Shown: one piece after another, positions 51,234-63,305 of the stretch
How the letters are laid out: the number at the start of each line of letters is the position of its first letter
Numbering within the stretch: position 1 is the stretch's first letter
DNA from: Octopus sinensis
Lineage: Eukaryota
Assembly (NCBI RefSeq): GCF_006345805.1
Contig: NC_043003.1
Coordinates: forward strand, 50,964,001-51,028,000
Direction: 5' to 3'
DNA length: 64,000 nucleotides
Notes under the pieces: model-generated
Database searches by the model: none
Seen by the model: the letters and a program-made list of their open reading frames with translations, nothing else
What the model was told of the DNA's origin: nothing
Program-made: the position numbers and the translations under genes

Positions 51234-51700
51234 CTAGTAGCATAGCCCGGCGTTGCCCGGGTATGTAAGAGCCCCTAGTAGGCAACGACTAATCCCAATC
51301 TAGTCCTTTCCCTCTAGGGAACGAAGGCGCATGTGTAGGTTGCAATGTCTTCTCTTCACTCCCAAATAACTATTAAACAGCTATCGATAATTCAACCCAA
51401 CCAATTCCTACCAGGAAGAAATTACATTCGAGACTTTACCCCCAACACCGCCACTTCTGCTAATAGCTGTTGCAGCCGCAAGTTATTCGAATACTTTTTC
51501 AGAACTGGGGGAACTTTTCAAAATTTTCACTGCGTTAGTTTTGAATTATGACATTGGGCTATGTGTGTGTCAAGTTTCATCAGAATCGGTTGAAAGCCGT
51601 GGTCAGGGTGAGGGTACAACCTGACAGACACACAGACACACAGACAGACAAACTGCCGTTTATATATAAAGAGACAAACTGCCGTTTATATATAAAGAGA
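51234..51700 (-). mobile_element. Complete 467-bp non-autonomous Helitron
   Basis: Minus strand A|TC start at 51700; hairpin CCCGG-N6-CCGGG at 51246-51261; 8 nt later CTAG|T end at 51234; AT target, no TSD. Confidence 0.9.
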
Positions 51701-52086
51701 TGTAGAGCTCACGATTTGCATGAAACCTGTGACTAATTGTGCATAAAGAAAAATTTTATTTTTTTAAATTTCTGGTTCCGTTGATTTCGTTTCCGTTCAA
51801 CAGTCCCGTTGTATTCGTGATACGGCTATCAGCACATGAACAGAAAACATTGAAGAGAATGGGAGTTTTTTTTTCCACCTGAGATATCAACGATAGTATA
51901 AGAATTTCAAGTTACACAGAGTTAAGTCCCTTTCTCAACAAACTTCCCTAATTTATTTAATATATCATGTTATAACATTATTCTGTCACACTTTCTGTAA
52001 AAAAAGAAAAACGCTGGGGGAACCGTATTCAAAAATAAAGAGAAATCAACAGACAGGGAGGAGAGTGAGAGACAGCAAGAAGATGG

Positions 52087-52132
<46 letters not shown>

Positions 52133-52529
52133 GTTAAGCCGACAGAAATAGAAGAGAAAGTGAAGGGAGGAAGGTAGAGGGAGAGAGAAAGAGAGAGAGA
52201 TCGGGGTGGTGAGGTTTGGTGGTGGGTAACACCTGGAGAAGGAAAGGAGGTGATCAAAGGTACAAAAGGTTAGTCAGTGTAAAGTGATATCTGTGAGAAT
52301 TCCGCGATAACAGATGGCGGTAGCTGCCATTCTTACCCTGGCGTGTGGTAGCATGGTAATATGACACAGCAGAGTGTATGTATGTATGTACGTGTTGAAT
52401 GTGTGTGTGTGTGCGCGTCTGCATGCGAGTGTGTACGCTTTAGTGAAGAAAGATTTGTTTTAGAAGTAGACTTAAATATGTAAGTTAGTATACATAGCGT
52501 TTGTGTGTTTCTCTGTGTGTGGATGAGTA

Positions 52530-52548
52530 GACAGACAGACAGACAGAC

Positions 52549-52637
<89 letters not shown>

Positions 52638-52648
52638 GGCAGGCAGGC

Positions 52649-52727
<79 letters not shown>
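52530..52727. repeat. (GACA)/(GATA)n compound microsatellite
   Basis: Direct reading. Confidence 0.95.
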
Positions 52728-53229
52728 AAACGTGTGCATACACTCATCCATACATATTCACATGCACACAACTATACATAAACACACACACAAACACACA
52801 CACACATTGTTAGATTAGGAAAGACGAGCGTTTTGAGACGCAATTAGAAGACTGTAAAAGATGCTGGTTGGATGTAGGGATTGGATGTAAGACTGTAATG
52901 GGACCAAATTGAGACGGTGACTGGTATCAATTGGTGTTGAGCATCGTTAAGCAAACACCATCTTGAAGCGCAGTTAAGAGGCCATCTACTGGATATTGTT
53001 GAAAAGGAGTGGTGAAACCTGGCTGGAGAGGTTACGATCCCGGATCACTAGTCAGTCGAAACAGTAGGTGGAGGCCTTACATCAGTGAGGGGAGTCAATG
53101 CGCTGTAAGGCCGTCGAGAGGAAGGCCTCGAAACGGTGCGCATTCTTCCCTGATAGCCCCTGCATCACACTGGCATCTGGTATGCAGAGAAAGCGACTGA
53201 CTGCACTTTATATATATATAGTGTAGGTA

Positions 53230-53690
53230 TCAGTTTAATACCTCTAAGGGATAATTAAATCCAAGTCGCTCCTGGTTATTACCTTGGTAGGTACAGTCTT
53301 TTGTAAGGTTGTACGGAGTAGCAGGTGGTTCGGTTGGTAAACCGTAGTTTAGGTTATATAGGAGAAGAAAATGGATGTAATAACAAGGGGAGACTTGTGG
53401 TTTTCGCTGGTATGCCTTTAATTTAATCAAATAGCAAAGAAGGAGGTGAAGGTAGCATTTACGATTGTTCCGATTTACTGGTTTAAGTAAATCTCTTCAG
53501 AATGCGAATATAGATAGATGCATCGGTTAGGATGCGAAAATAATTGATACATGTGTGATGGTAATATAAACAAAGGTAGTAAGTCTTAGATTAAATTTTG
53601 TTCTTGCGCTGGTAAATTCGCTGGGTAGAGGTTTGATTGTGGTCGACTGGTTAGTTTCGTTGGGTAATTAGGACGGGATGAGTATTATTT
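53230..53690 (-). pseudogene. Possible degraded Penelope-like RT N-terminal fragment
   Basis: PCYYIHF..YGLPTEPPATP loosely resembles the PLE P.FY.LPK.HK..PP.RP motif. Confidence 0.25.
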
Positions 53691-53692
53691 AG

Positions 53693-53895
53693 GTGTGAGG
53701 TTCCTAGTTTGATTAAGCACATTTTTCGCACGTGCTTAATCAAACAAGGAACCTCACACGGAATTTTGACCCTTTTTATAGTATTATTGAGTGTTTAGTG
53801 GAGGGGAGAGATATAAGATAGTACTATCTTGTACTATCTTATATCTCTCCCCACCACTACACACTCAATAATACGATAAAAAGGGTCAAAATTCC
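53693..53895. repeat. Two abutting hairpins (28-bp arms with 11-nt loop; 65-bp arms with 6-nt loop)
   Basis: 53693-53720/53732-53759 has 1 mismatch; 53760-53824/53831-53895 has 3 mismatches. Confidence 0.9.
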
Positions 53896-54077
53896 TGCAA
53901 AAACTTAGATCAATTTGAAGACTCCACTAGAATGGACGAAAGAGCTATTATATGATATATGATGTATAACAACATGCAACATACTAATAAATATCTGTAA
54001 ATATAAAACCATCCGGATTTCTGAGTACCTCATTTCTGCTAATATATAATACCTGTACATCATCTCCAAGCCTTCTA

Positions 54078-54112
<35 letters not shown>

Positions 54113-54134
54113 ATATATATAATATATAATATAG

Positions 54135-54188
54135 CCTCGGACCAACCAAAGCCTTGTGAATAGAATTGAAAGAAGCCCGTCGTATATA

Positions 54189-54230
<42 letters not shown>

Positions 54231-54286
54231 ATATATTGATATAGATATAGATATATATATAGATATATATGTGTGTGTATGTATGT

Positions 54287-54346
<60 letters not shown>

Positions 54347-54880
54347 TGTGTCTTTGTGTGTGTATTTGTCTACCGCTTGACAACTGGTATTGATGTGTTT
54401 GCGTTCCCGTAAATTAGCCGTTCGTTCGGAAAAAGATCAATAGAGCTAGTACTTTAAAATAAATTAGTACTGGAGTCGATACGTTCGTCTAAAATTTCAA
54501 GGCATGGCCGCAATCAAAGGACTGAAACAAGTAAAATATGTGTGTCTGTGTGTGTGTATTTTCTCAACCACATGGTTTAAGGTTCAGTCCCCGGTAAACC
54601 AAACCCTTGTGAATGGATTTGATAGACGGAATATGTACGTGTGAGAGAGGGTGCATACGTGTATGTGCGTGTGTGTATGTGCACGCGCACGTGTATTTGT
54701 CGTTTGTACCTGTTCCCAGCGTATCCGCAATCTTATGACTAACACAAGTGTACGTCCCTTTAACTTAGCCGTTCGGCAAAAGAATCCAATAAAGTACCAG
54801 GTGCCACGCAGTGGGACTGAACCCGGAACCATATGGTCCGTAAGCAAGCTACTTGCCACACAGCCACTCCTACGCCTAAT
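54135..54880. mobile_element. Two family B SINE pieces in opposite orientation (54135-54535 +, 54560-54880 -)
   Basis: Family B motifs on both strands. Confidence 0.65.
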
Positions 54881-54881
54881 G

Positions 54882-54918
<37 letters not shown>

Positions 54919-54920
<2 letters not shown>

Positions 54921-56035
54921 TGGAAATGTAAATCCGAAATTTACAACTAACCCGCTCTATAAATTCAGTGACAACGCAACCTTCACACAACGCCAAAATA
55001 AAGAACTATATTTCATAAAAAAATTTAGACCAAGTTTAAACACCCTGGGCCAAGAATACTAAAACAAAAGATAAGTCCTCCGAAAGGAGAAGCAAAATTC
55101 CACCACGGCCGCTACTTTAAACAGACACTCGCTCTGACGGAAATATGCCTTAGTAAAAAAGGAAAAAAATTCTTTCGTGCAAATCTGACCCTGATACATA
55201 CGATACAGCTAAGGTCAGACCCGATTCTGATTGGTCAACAAGTTGATGACGTCTAGCTCTGCTAGAATGGACAGGATACAAACAGGGGACAGTCATTAGT
55301 CAGAATATTGATGACGTCCTTTTCTGCTTGACTAGTCACCTAACAAGTACAGACAGGGGGCAGATCTAATGTAGCTATAAGTCGTGATTGGGCAGAATCT
55401 GGATGACGTCCCGTTCTGCTTGACTAACGAAGCGACTGGTCAAAACAGGAAACAAACAAGAGGCAGTTATAATGCAGCGATTGGTCAAAATAATGATGAC
55501 GTCCGTTCTGCTTGACTAAAGCCACCTAACGAAACGATTGGTCAAAACGTTGATGACGTCACGCTACGCTGGATTGACCACCTAACAGGCATTATAAAAC
55601 CGAGCACTTCACAAAACCCACTAGAACCACCCAGCGAACATCCACCATGGGTCATCACAATTGCTTAAGGTAAAAATGAATTCCTCGCTCTTTCGGAAAC
55701 ATCATCTTCTGTATTGACCGCTTCCACCACTTTGATCTGTTTTTTGTATTGAATACGTATCGCCACCGTGGGCCACTGCATCGAACACTTTGAACATATA
55801 CTTCAAACTATATATCAACTATACATGAACTATATATCAACTATACATGAACTCTAAGATGTCTGACTCCGTTGTGTATTATAAATGAATTTCTTGTGTT
55901 TGACGGCATGAGCTGTCTTTTTTTATATATAACTTTTTTTGATAAGGTTCATTTCAGGAACTGAAACATGTTATAATGTATATATAAAAATTAAAAATTG
56001 TATAATACAGCAGCATTTTCGAACTTCATTTTTAC
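54919..56035 (+). mobile_element. Penelope-like element 3' end: GIY-YIG C-terminus plus pseudo-LTR
   Basis: Open frame 54919-55062 AGNVNPKFTTNPLYKFSDNATFTQRQNKELYFIKKFRPSLNTLGQEY* matches the PLE endonuclease end (R..KE..FI.KF.P.LN); hammerhead relic at 55939-55972. Confidence 0.7.
55230..55675 (+). promoter_or_regulatory. Pol II promoter-like array: 5x (ATTGG-N12-TGACGTC), TATA, Kozak ATG, splice donor
   Basis: Modules start at 55230, 55295 (ATTAG), 55387, 55480 and 55537; TATAAAA 55593-55599; CCACCATGG 55642-55650; AAG|GTAAAA at 55669/55670. Confidence 0.75.
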
Positions 56036-56056
56036 AATATATATATATATATATAT

Positions 56057-56109
<53 letters not shown>

Positions 56110-56144
56110 ATATATAATATATATATATATATATAATAATATAT

Positions 56145-56193
<49 letters not shown>

Positions 56194-56216
56194 ATATATA
56201 TATATATAAAAATATA

Positions 56217-56252
<36 letters not shown>

Positions 56253-56279
56253 AAATATAAATATATATATAAAATATAA

Positions 56280-56327
<48 letters not shown>

Positions 56328-56478
56328 TATATAATAAATATAAATATATATATAAATATATAAATATATAAATATATATATATATATATCTATATATATA
56401 AAATATAATATATATATAAATATATATAAAATATAATATATTATATATATATATAAAAATATAAATATATATATAAAT

Positions 56479-56525
<47 letters not shown>

Positions 56526-56669
56526 TAAATATATATATATATATAAAAATATAAATATATATATATATATATATAAAAATATAAATATAATATAATATAT
56601 AATATTATATATATATATATATAAATATATAAATATATATATATATATAAAAATATAAATATATTATAT

Positions 56670-56703
<34 letters not shown>

Positions 56704-56923
56704 ATAAATATATATATTATATATATAATATAATTAAATATATATAATATTATAAATATAAATATATATATATATATATATAATATAAATATATATATAT
56801 ATATAAAATATAATAATATATATATATATAATAAAAATATAATATATATATATATATATAAATAATATAAATATATATTATATAAATATATAAATATATA
56901 TATATATATAAAAATATAAATAT

Positions 56924-56968
<45 letters not shown>

Positions 56969-56975
56969 TATATAT

Positions 56976-57012
<37 letters not shown>

Positions 57013-57063
57013 AATATATATATATATACAAATTTATATACAAATATATATATATATATATCA

Positions 57064-57122
<59 letters not shown>

Positions 57123-57125
57123 GAA
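56036..57125. repeat. ~1.1-kb almost pure A/T low-complexity tract
   Basis: Degenerate (TA)n with TAAA/TAAAAA interruptions. Confidence 0.95.
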
Positions 57126-57590
57126 AGAATGGAGTCGAACGAAGATTTTAAACCAAATTCCTTTACTCTCGACACATGTTTCATTCACCTACTTAAAAAT
57201 ATATATAAAAATATAAATATATATATATTTTATATATATATATATACAAACACACACAAAAGTGCAGAGATATATGTGTATGCCTCAATGTGTATATGTA
57301 TGCATGCGCTTGCATGTGTGTGTGCGCGCGCGCCTAAGTGTGACGCGCTAGTGTATGCGTGCTCACGGTAACGATTTGTCGGAAAAGGTTCTGAAATATG
57401 TATACATGTGTACATCACTGTACACGACTATCTATATACGTCTCTATCGATGAGGGTTTTGTTCAAAGCTATATATGTGAGTATGTTTGTATATCTAAAT
57501 TCATGGGTAGCTTAGCACCGAATATCGACGATATATTATCAGCTTGTTTTGTTTTATTTAAATATGTTTGTGTGTGTGTGTGTGTGTGTG

Positions 57591-57621
<31 letters not shown>

Positions 57622-57736
57622 CGTGTGTGTGTGTATGTGTGAGTTAACATGTGGATACATACGTATAGGTTCTTATCTATGTGAAAATGTTTATTTTATG
57701 CATTGTGGTGTGAATGGATGTATGGGTACTACTTAA

Positions 57737-58008
57737 GAACAGTGGTCCCGGTGCGCGCACTCGCGTACTCACGCATCCGCGCTAGCTAGTCATGACTAGT
57801 CGATCCTTACCTTGTGTTTTTGTTTTATTTACTTTGTGTTTTTGTGTTTTATTTACTTTGTTTAACAAAAATTATTTACTTTGTGTAAAAAAAATTATTT
57901 ATTTTGTGTTTTATTTACTTTGCTAGGTAGTCGTTGCAGGATCGACTAGTCACGGCTAGCTAGTGCGGACGCGCGAGTACCCGAGTGCGCGCACCGGGAC
58001 CACTGTTC
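57737..58008. mobile_element. MITE with ~70-bp TIRs (TTAA or TA target duplication)
   Basis: TACTTAAGAACAGTGGTCCCGGTGCGCGCACTCG ... CGAGTGCGCGCACCGGGACCACTGTTCTTAAGTA is a perfect 34-bp inverted repeat, extended imperfectly by ~43 bp. Confidence 0.9.
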
Positions 58009-58669
58009 TTAAGTAGATGTATGTTTAAAGCAAATCACGCATTTACAGTAAAACAAATGCACACACTCACTCACAAATGCTTAGATATATACACATATAT
58101 AAGTGCATTTAATGGTATGTTTATGTGTGTTAGTTTGTGTGTATGTGTGTGCTTGTTTCTTTCAGTGTCATAGGAATAGCAGCAGTCAGTCGGCTGGTCT
58201 TCGTGGTTCCGCGTATTGGTATATATTTCTTTACATATCAGGTTATTGTCGCCCGTAATGAATATAGATGCGTCAGTGTGTATAGTGTAAAGTTTGTGTT
58301 CGTTGTATACCAATTAGCTGAGGTTTCTTTATCTATAGATATATAGGTGCTTTTTTTTTTAAAGTTCGTTTTAATGTTCTATTTTTATTTTACTAATAAT
58401 CTATTTTTGCATGCTGTTTATATTCTAAATTTTACTAGATTTGGTACTGTTATTTGGGGGGTTTTTTGTTGGTTTCTTGGTAACTTTTGTATCATTTTAA
58501 CTTCTTCGGAAAGTCTGTGGCACCACATATTTATGATTTTAACAATTAATTATTTATTTGATTATAAAAAAAAAAAAAAAAAAAAAAAAGTTTTCTTCGG
58601 AGAAGACGGAAGTTAAAGTTGAAACTGAAGTTATCCACGCTCAAAGTATCGCCGAACGAAATATTATAC

Positions 58670-59040
58670 AGGCGTAGGCATGGCTGTGTGGTTAGGAAGC
58701 TCGCTTTGCAACTAAGTGGTTTCGAGTTCATTTCCACGGCGCGGCATCTCAGGCAAGTGTCTTCTATAGTAACGGACCTACCAGTGCCTTTTGAGTAGAT
58801 TTGGCAAGCGGAAACTGTGTCGAAGACCGTCGTATGTGCAAATATATATGTGTGTAGTGTTTGCCACCCTTGCATTGCTTGACAATCGGTGTTGGTGTCT
58901 TTACGTCCCCTTAACTTAATGGCTTAGCAAAGCAAAAGACTTAAATATAAGTACTGGAAACGATTTGTTCGACTCGACCTTTCAAAAGCGTACCCTACAT
59001 AGCCACAATCGAATGACTGAGACAAGTAAGAAACAAAAAC
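58670..59040 (+). mobile_element. SINE family B
   Basis: GGCGTAGGCATGGCTGTGTGGTTAG...GAATGACTGAGACAAGTAAGA. Confidence 0.75.
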
Positions 59041-60029
59041 ATAGAAGATAGGATAAGCCACCCGACTAACAAAGTCATCAGTCTGGCTGGCCAACACACA
59101 ACAGTTCTGGTTCACAGCCATGATATCTTTTCATTCTGTTCTATCACTATCACTATTACAATAGCATCTTGCTATTTCAAGTACAACATCCGAATCTTTC
59201 GACGCTTCATCATCCATATAGTGCTTCGCCTCCGAATATCCACAACTTCTAGTAAGCCAATCCTTCCTGTCCAGAAGGTCAACCCGCTGGGAATTCCTTT
59301 CACGTCTTCTTTTTCTTTTATCGACGTTGACTAACCGTTGTTCAAGCTGAACATCAACTATATAAATGCTACTGTTCTCGGAGGGCCTGCTTAGCGTGGT
59401 TACTGTCCTATCCTCCTGGCTAAAATATTAATTCATTCCTCTATTGTTTCGATCAAATTGACGCCATCAAAGTCTTAGTTATTTGCAAATAGTAGAATCA
59501 CATTAAAATTATGCAATATCCAGCTAACATTAACGACAATGGACACTGCAATCTTTGTTTAATCCACGAAATCATATAAAGGTTATAGAAGAGTTATTTA
59601 TCAAATCAATCTACCATTCCTTGTCATAAACTTTTAATCCTTACTCATTTATTACATTTCATCCACTGTCTGCTTCTGCTTTTTCAATAGCTTCCACTTC
59701 GCATCCCAGCTTTTCTCATATATACATATTCTACCTGTTTATCGCCATCCATACTATGAATGGTTTTTGTTGTTGTTGCTTATCCCAAACAAACTATAAT
59801 CAAAGATGTTCCAGCTTTGACTGTCCCGGCTTACAACACATATTGGATAATGTTTAGAAATACATTACTCAATATTTTCGATTTAAATAAAAAATTAAAG
59901 GTAGGATTTGTGGATGCTTTAGCTGCTATTTCTTGCAAGTTATTCCTTAGTTCATTAATTGCATTACAGGCTTCGAAAGTAGTAGTATTTGTTCGACAAA
60001 TATCGTATTTCGAAATAATTCTATTACAG

Positions 60030-60460
60030 GTTCTTACAAATAAAAACGAAGTCATCGGCACTGAGTAGGTCCCACAGGCAACTGGTCTTAAATTCCTCTG
60101 TCATGGCTTGGAGGACTATGAAGAATAGGAGGAGGCTGAGAATCGAGCCCTGGTCGACTCCTACACTAAATTTATTGTTGTTCTCGTTACTACCTCTCAC
60201 ATGCCTGACGGCGGCCTTGTACAATGCTTGTATATCTCTCACAAGTCATTCGCCTACCCGTAGCTCTCTCAAGAACCTCTAGATCACAAAGCGAAAGGCC
60301 TTGTCTATGGCTTTCTCAAGGTCAACGAATGCTAAGCACAATAGTTTGATTTTACCTAAATAATTCTTTTGCAGTTGCCTTATTAGAAAGATGACATCAA
60401 CAGTGCTTCTCCCTGGCACAAAACCAAACTGCAACTCACCTAATTGGTTATAACTAATTG
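60030..60460 (-). pseudogene. RTE/BovB-like RT fragment
   Basis: QFGFVPGRSTVDVIFLIRQLQ, AFVDLEKA, VGVDQGSILSLLLF, LLSADDFV. Confidence 0.85.
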
Positions 60461-63305
60461 GGTTATAACTCGAAATCATATTTCGAGTTACTATCTTACA
60501 ATGTAATAATTCTTCAAAATTAACTCCAAGTTCACCACACCAATTTCAGTCACTCACCTCACCTTTCTGATTCCGCACACACACGCACACATTTGTATGT
60601 ATTTGGAAAACAACTTATAAACCAATAACCGCGCTCAGAAAATGAACTCGAGGCGGAATTAGACGACGAGAATATTATTTTTTTGGTTTAATTTCTAGTG
60701 ATTTATGCCAGATGACTATGTTTCACTCACCAACCTCCTACCAAAGATACACTCTTTCCTCATTCTCCTTTTTCCCTCTCTACTACCATAACATTTGCTC
60801 ATCTGAACAAGTACCGAGTTTTTATGTATGTGTTCATGCATTATGGTTTTATTCACTTATTGATTCAGTCACCGGACTGCGACCAAGCTGGAGTATTGCC
60901 TTCAAACCGTTTTAATTTATTATATCGGCCACTCTGTATGTACCTTATTGATGTAGCTTATTCTTCAACGTTTAATTTCTTTTTTACTATGTCAGCAAGC
61001 CTTCTTACTGTTTATGCCATAAATGATATATGAAAAGGTATGAATGTTACAACTTCTATTTCAAAATTCATGTCTATGATAGGAAATTTAATTTTCCTTA
61101 TCCAATGATTTGCTTATTTTTAATGAAACGTGTTTAAACATTCGCCTATAAAGTAACTTTTTCTTTACTTATTCCCTTTTATGTATTCACTCACATGTAA
61201 CATTATTCTCGTTAATGTGTGTCGGCTGTAGCCTTTTAATAGTTTATTTAAGTGGGTCATTATTCATCAAGCAATTCACACATATGCATACACACAAACA
61301 TGCACAACACATTAAGGAGGAAAAGCAAAAAGAAAAGAGAGAGAGAGAACGAATGTTAATACCGCACAATCTTGTTCTTGAAGCATTTCATTCCTCGAGT
61401 TATATACACTTTAAAAGACAACATGAATTCTACCTCAGCAAGCTAAACAGACAATCTGTTCAAACAAATACAAACGGATATAACTTATTTCAGTTTAAAC
61501 ACGTCTTAATGACTGCATCGAAATATTTCTATGAAAATCTCATTTTTCCTGTAAAGAAGACAACATCCTCCATTGAATGACTGCTTCCCGTGTCTCCATC
61601 TTAATCACTGTCTGTACTCGATAGTGTTGCCATTGCTTCGAATCCACAGGACATCCGGCCGGGGTTGGGTTACCAAATTTAGTCACTGGTCTCGAACGAA
61701 CAGAACTGTAAAAAGCTCAAGAGCCAGGAAATTAATGTTTGATGTTTAATTACTTTTAGATGTCTAAATAGCTGCGAATAAAATTTAATTATTTATATAT
61801 TTTTTTATCTTTTCATAATCGCGTAACTGTTATAAATAAAATAATTGAGAGATGTGGATAAATAAACCAAACCATAAATAAATTTTTTTTCTCTCCTTAT
61901 CACTTTTTCCTACCCTCTTTCCGCCTCCCTACCACCGTCACCCCATCTTCGTCTTAATCCGATTTGACAAAATATAGCGGACATTAGTGAGGAAAGACGG
62001 ACTGAAATATGCCTCGTAAGGAAGAAACTTTTCCTGAATAGGAAATTAAGTCCGACAGGAAAACTAGATAAGAATTATTCCCAGCAGGTTGTTTGTACAA
62101 ACAGAAAGAAGGAAAGAAAAAAAGAAACAACTCCTACTACAGCAACGATACGCTACAGTCTGCCACAAATTATAAACCGTCTAAAACAATACTGTCCATA
62201 TCATAACAGCCTGTTCATAAACACACACATACGCACAGATTTCCAGACTTAGATACACATTAGCTATTTCCTCACATCGTCACAAACTAACATAAATCAT
62301 ATTTCTGAAGTTTTATTTTGACTCTTGCCCACCCAACCTGTTGCTAGTCTCCTCGAATTTTTCTAATTATACATAAATTCAAAAAAAAAAAAAAAGAAAA
62401 CGAAAAGAGAAATTCCTAAGACATATGAGGGCAGAATGTATAATTATTGCCTATTCCATCCCACGCAGCTTCCGTAACTCCAAGTTTACTACTTCTAAAT
62501 GCCTAGCCCCAAGCAAGGCCACAGCCTTTGGGCTGAAACGCATAAAAGAATATACATATATGGGTTAACGAGGAACCCTCTTTATCAAGCTTTTTCGAGA
62601 GTCAGGCCGCACAAGATATCGCTCATTATCAGGCGGGCCGCACTATTAAAAAAAAAATTCAAGGTAGATTTTCGTTAGGTGCATTATTCAGAAAGTCCTC
62701 AAAGTTGCAGTTTACTCTTAACTACAGTTGCTTAACCTATTAGAATTGGTTGCCAAATTTCCTACTAATGCCACAAAACGTCTTTAAAAACGAGAAGATA
62801 ACGTAGTAGATCTTCCCTTTAAGCGCTGACCCGGTGGATAGCAACACCAAACTAAATACAGCATTACTGTACTATAACGCCGTTTTTGGAAATCAGTATC
62901 TCTGCCATCCCGATCCAAACTCACATACATACGCACATACGTCTCAGTGAATAAAATGTAAACGTAATAGGCCAGACAAAGTTATTTGAGACAGAGAAAG
63001 GAAACTATGCACAATCGCGAAAATCAGCTACCCAGCTGATGTCAATATAAAACTAAAGATCAGTGAAAAGGAAAACACGTGCGCCAAACTACTAAGAAAT
63101 TTGTAGTTACTCTACCAGGATTACAAATTCAGGTTTATACCTGTAATTATTGGGGCGCTGAAATATGTAACAAACTACCTAAGCACCAATCTTGAGAAAT
63201 CAGGCTTCTCAAGACCGGAAAGGAGAAGGCTAATTAGATGACACATTCAAGCCATCAATGAAACTAAATATTTGTAAAACTTTCCGGAAATTTAGTGTTT
63301 AAGTA

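Noticed and set aside
52250-52350. YY1-like AGATGGCGG next to a GA-rich tract as a promoter
   Set aside because: A single short motif with no TSS, exon or CpG-island support.
55770-55805. CATCGAACACTTTGAACATA resembles part of 5.8S rRNA
   Set aside because: Only ~20 nt of loose similarity with no flanking rRNA sequence.
59760-60068. Overlapping 102-aa (+) and 76-aa (-) ORFs
   Set aside because: No recognisable domain; AT-rich chance ORFs adjoining an RTE fragment.
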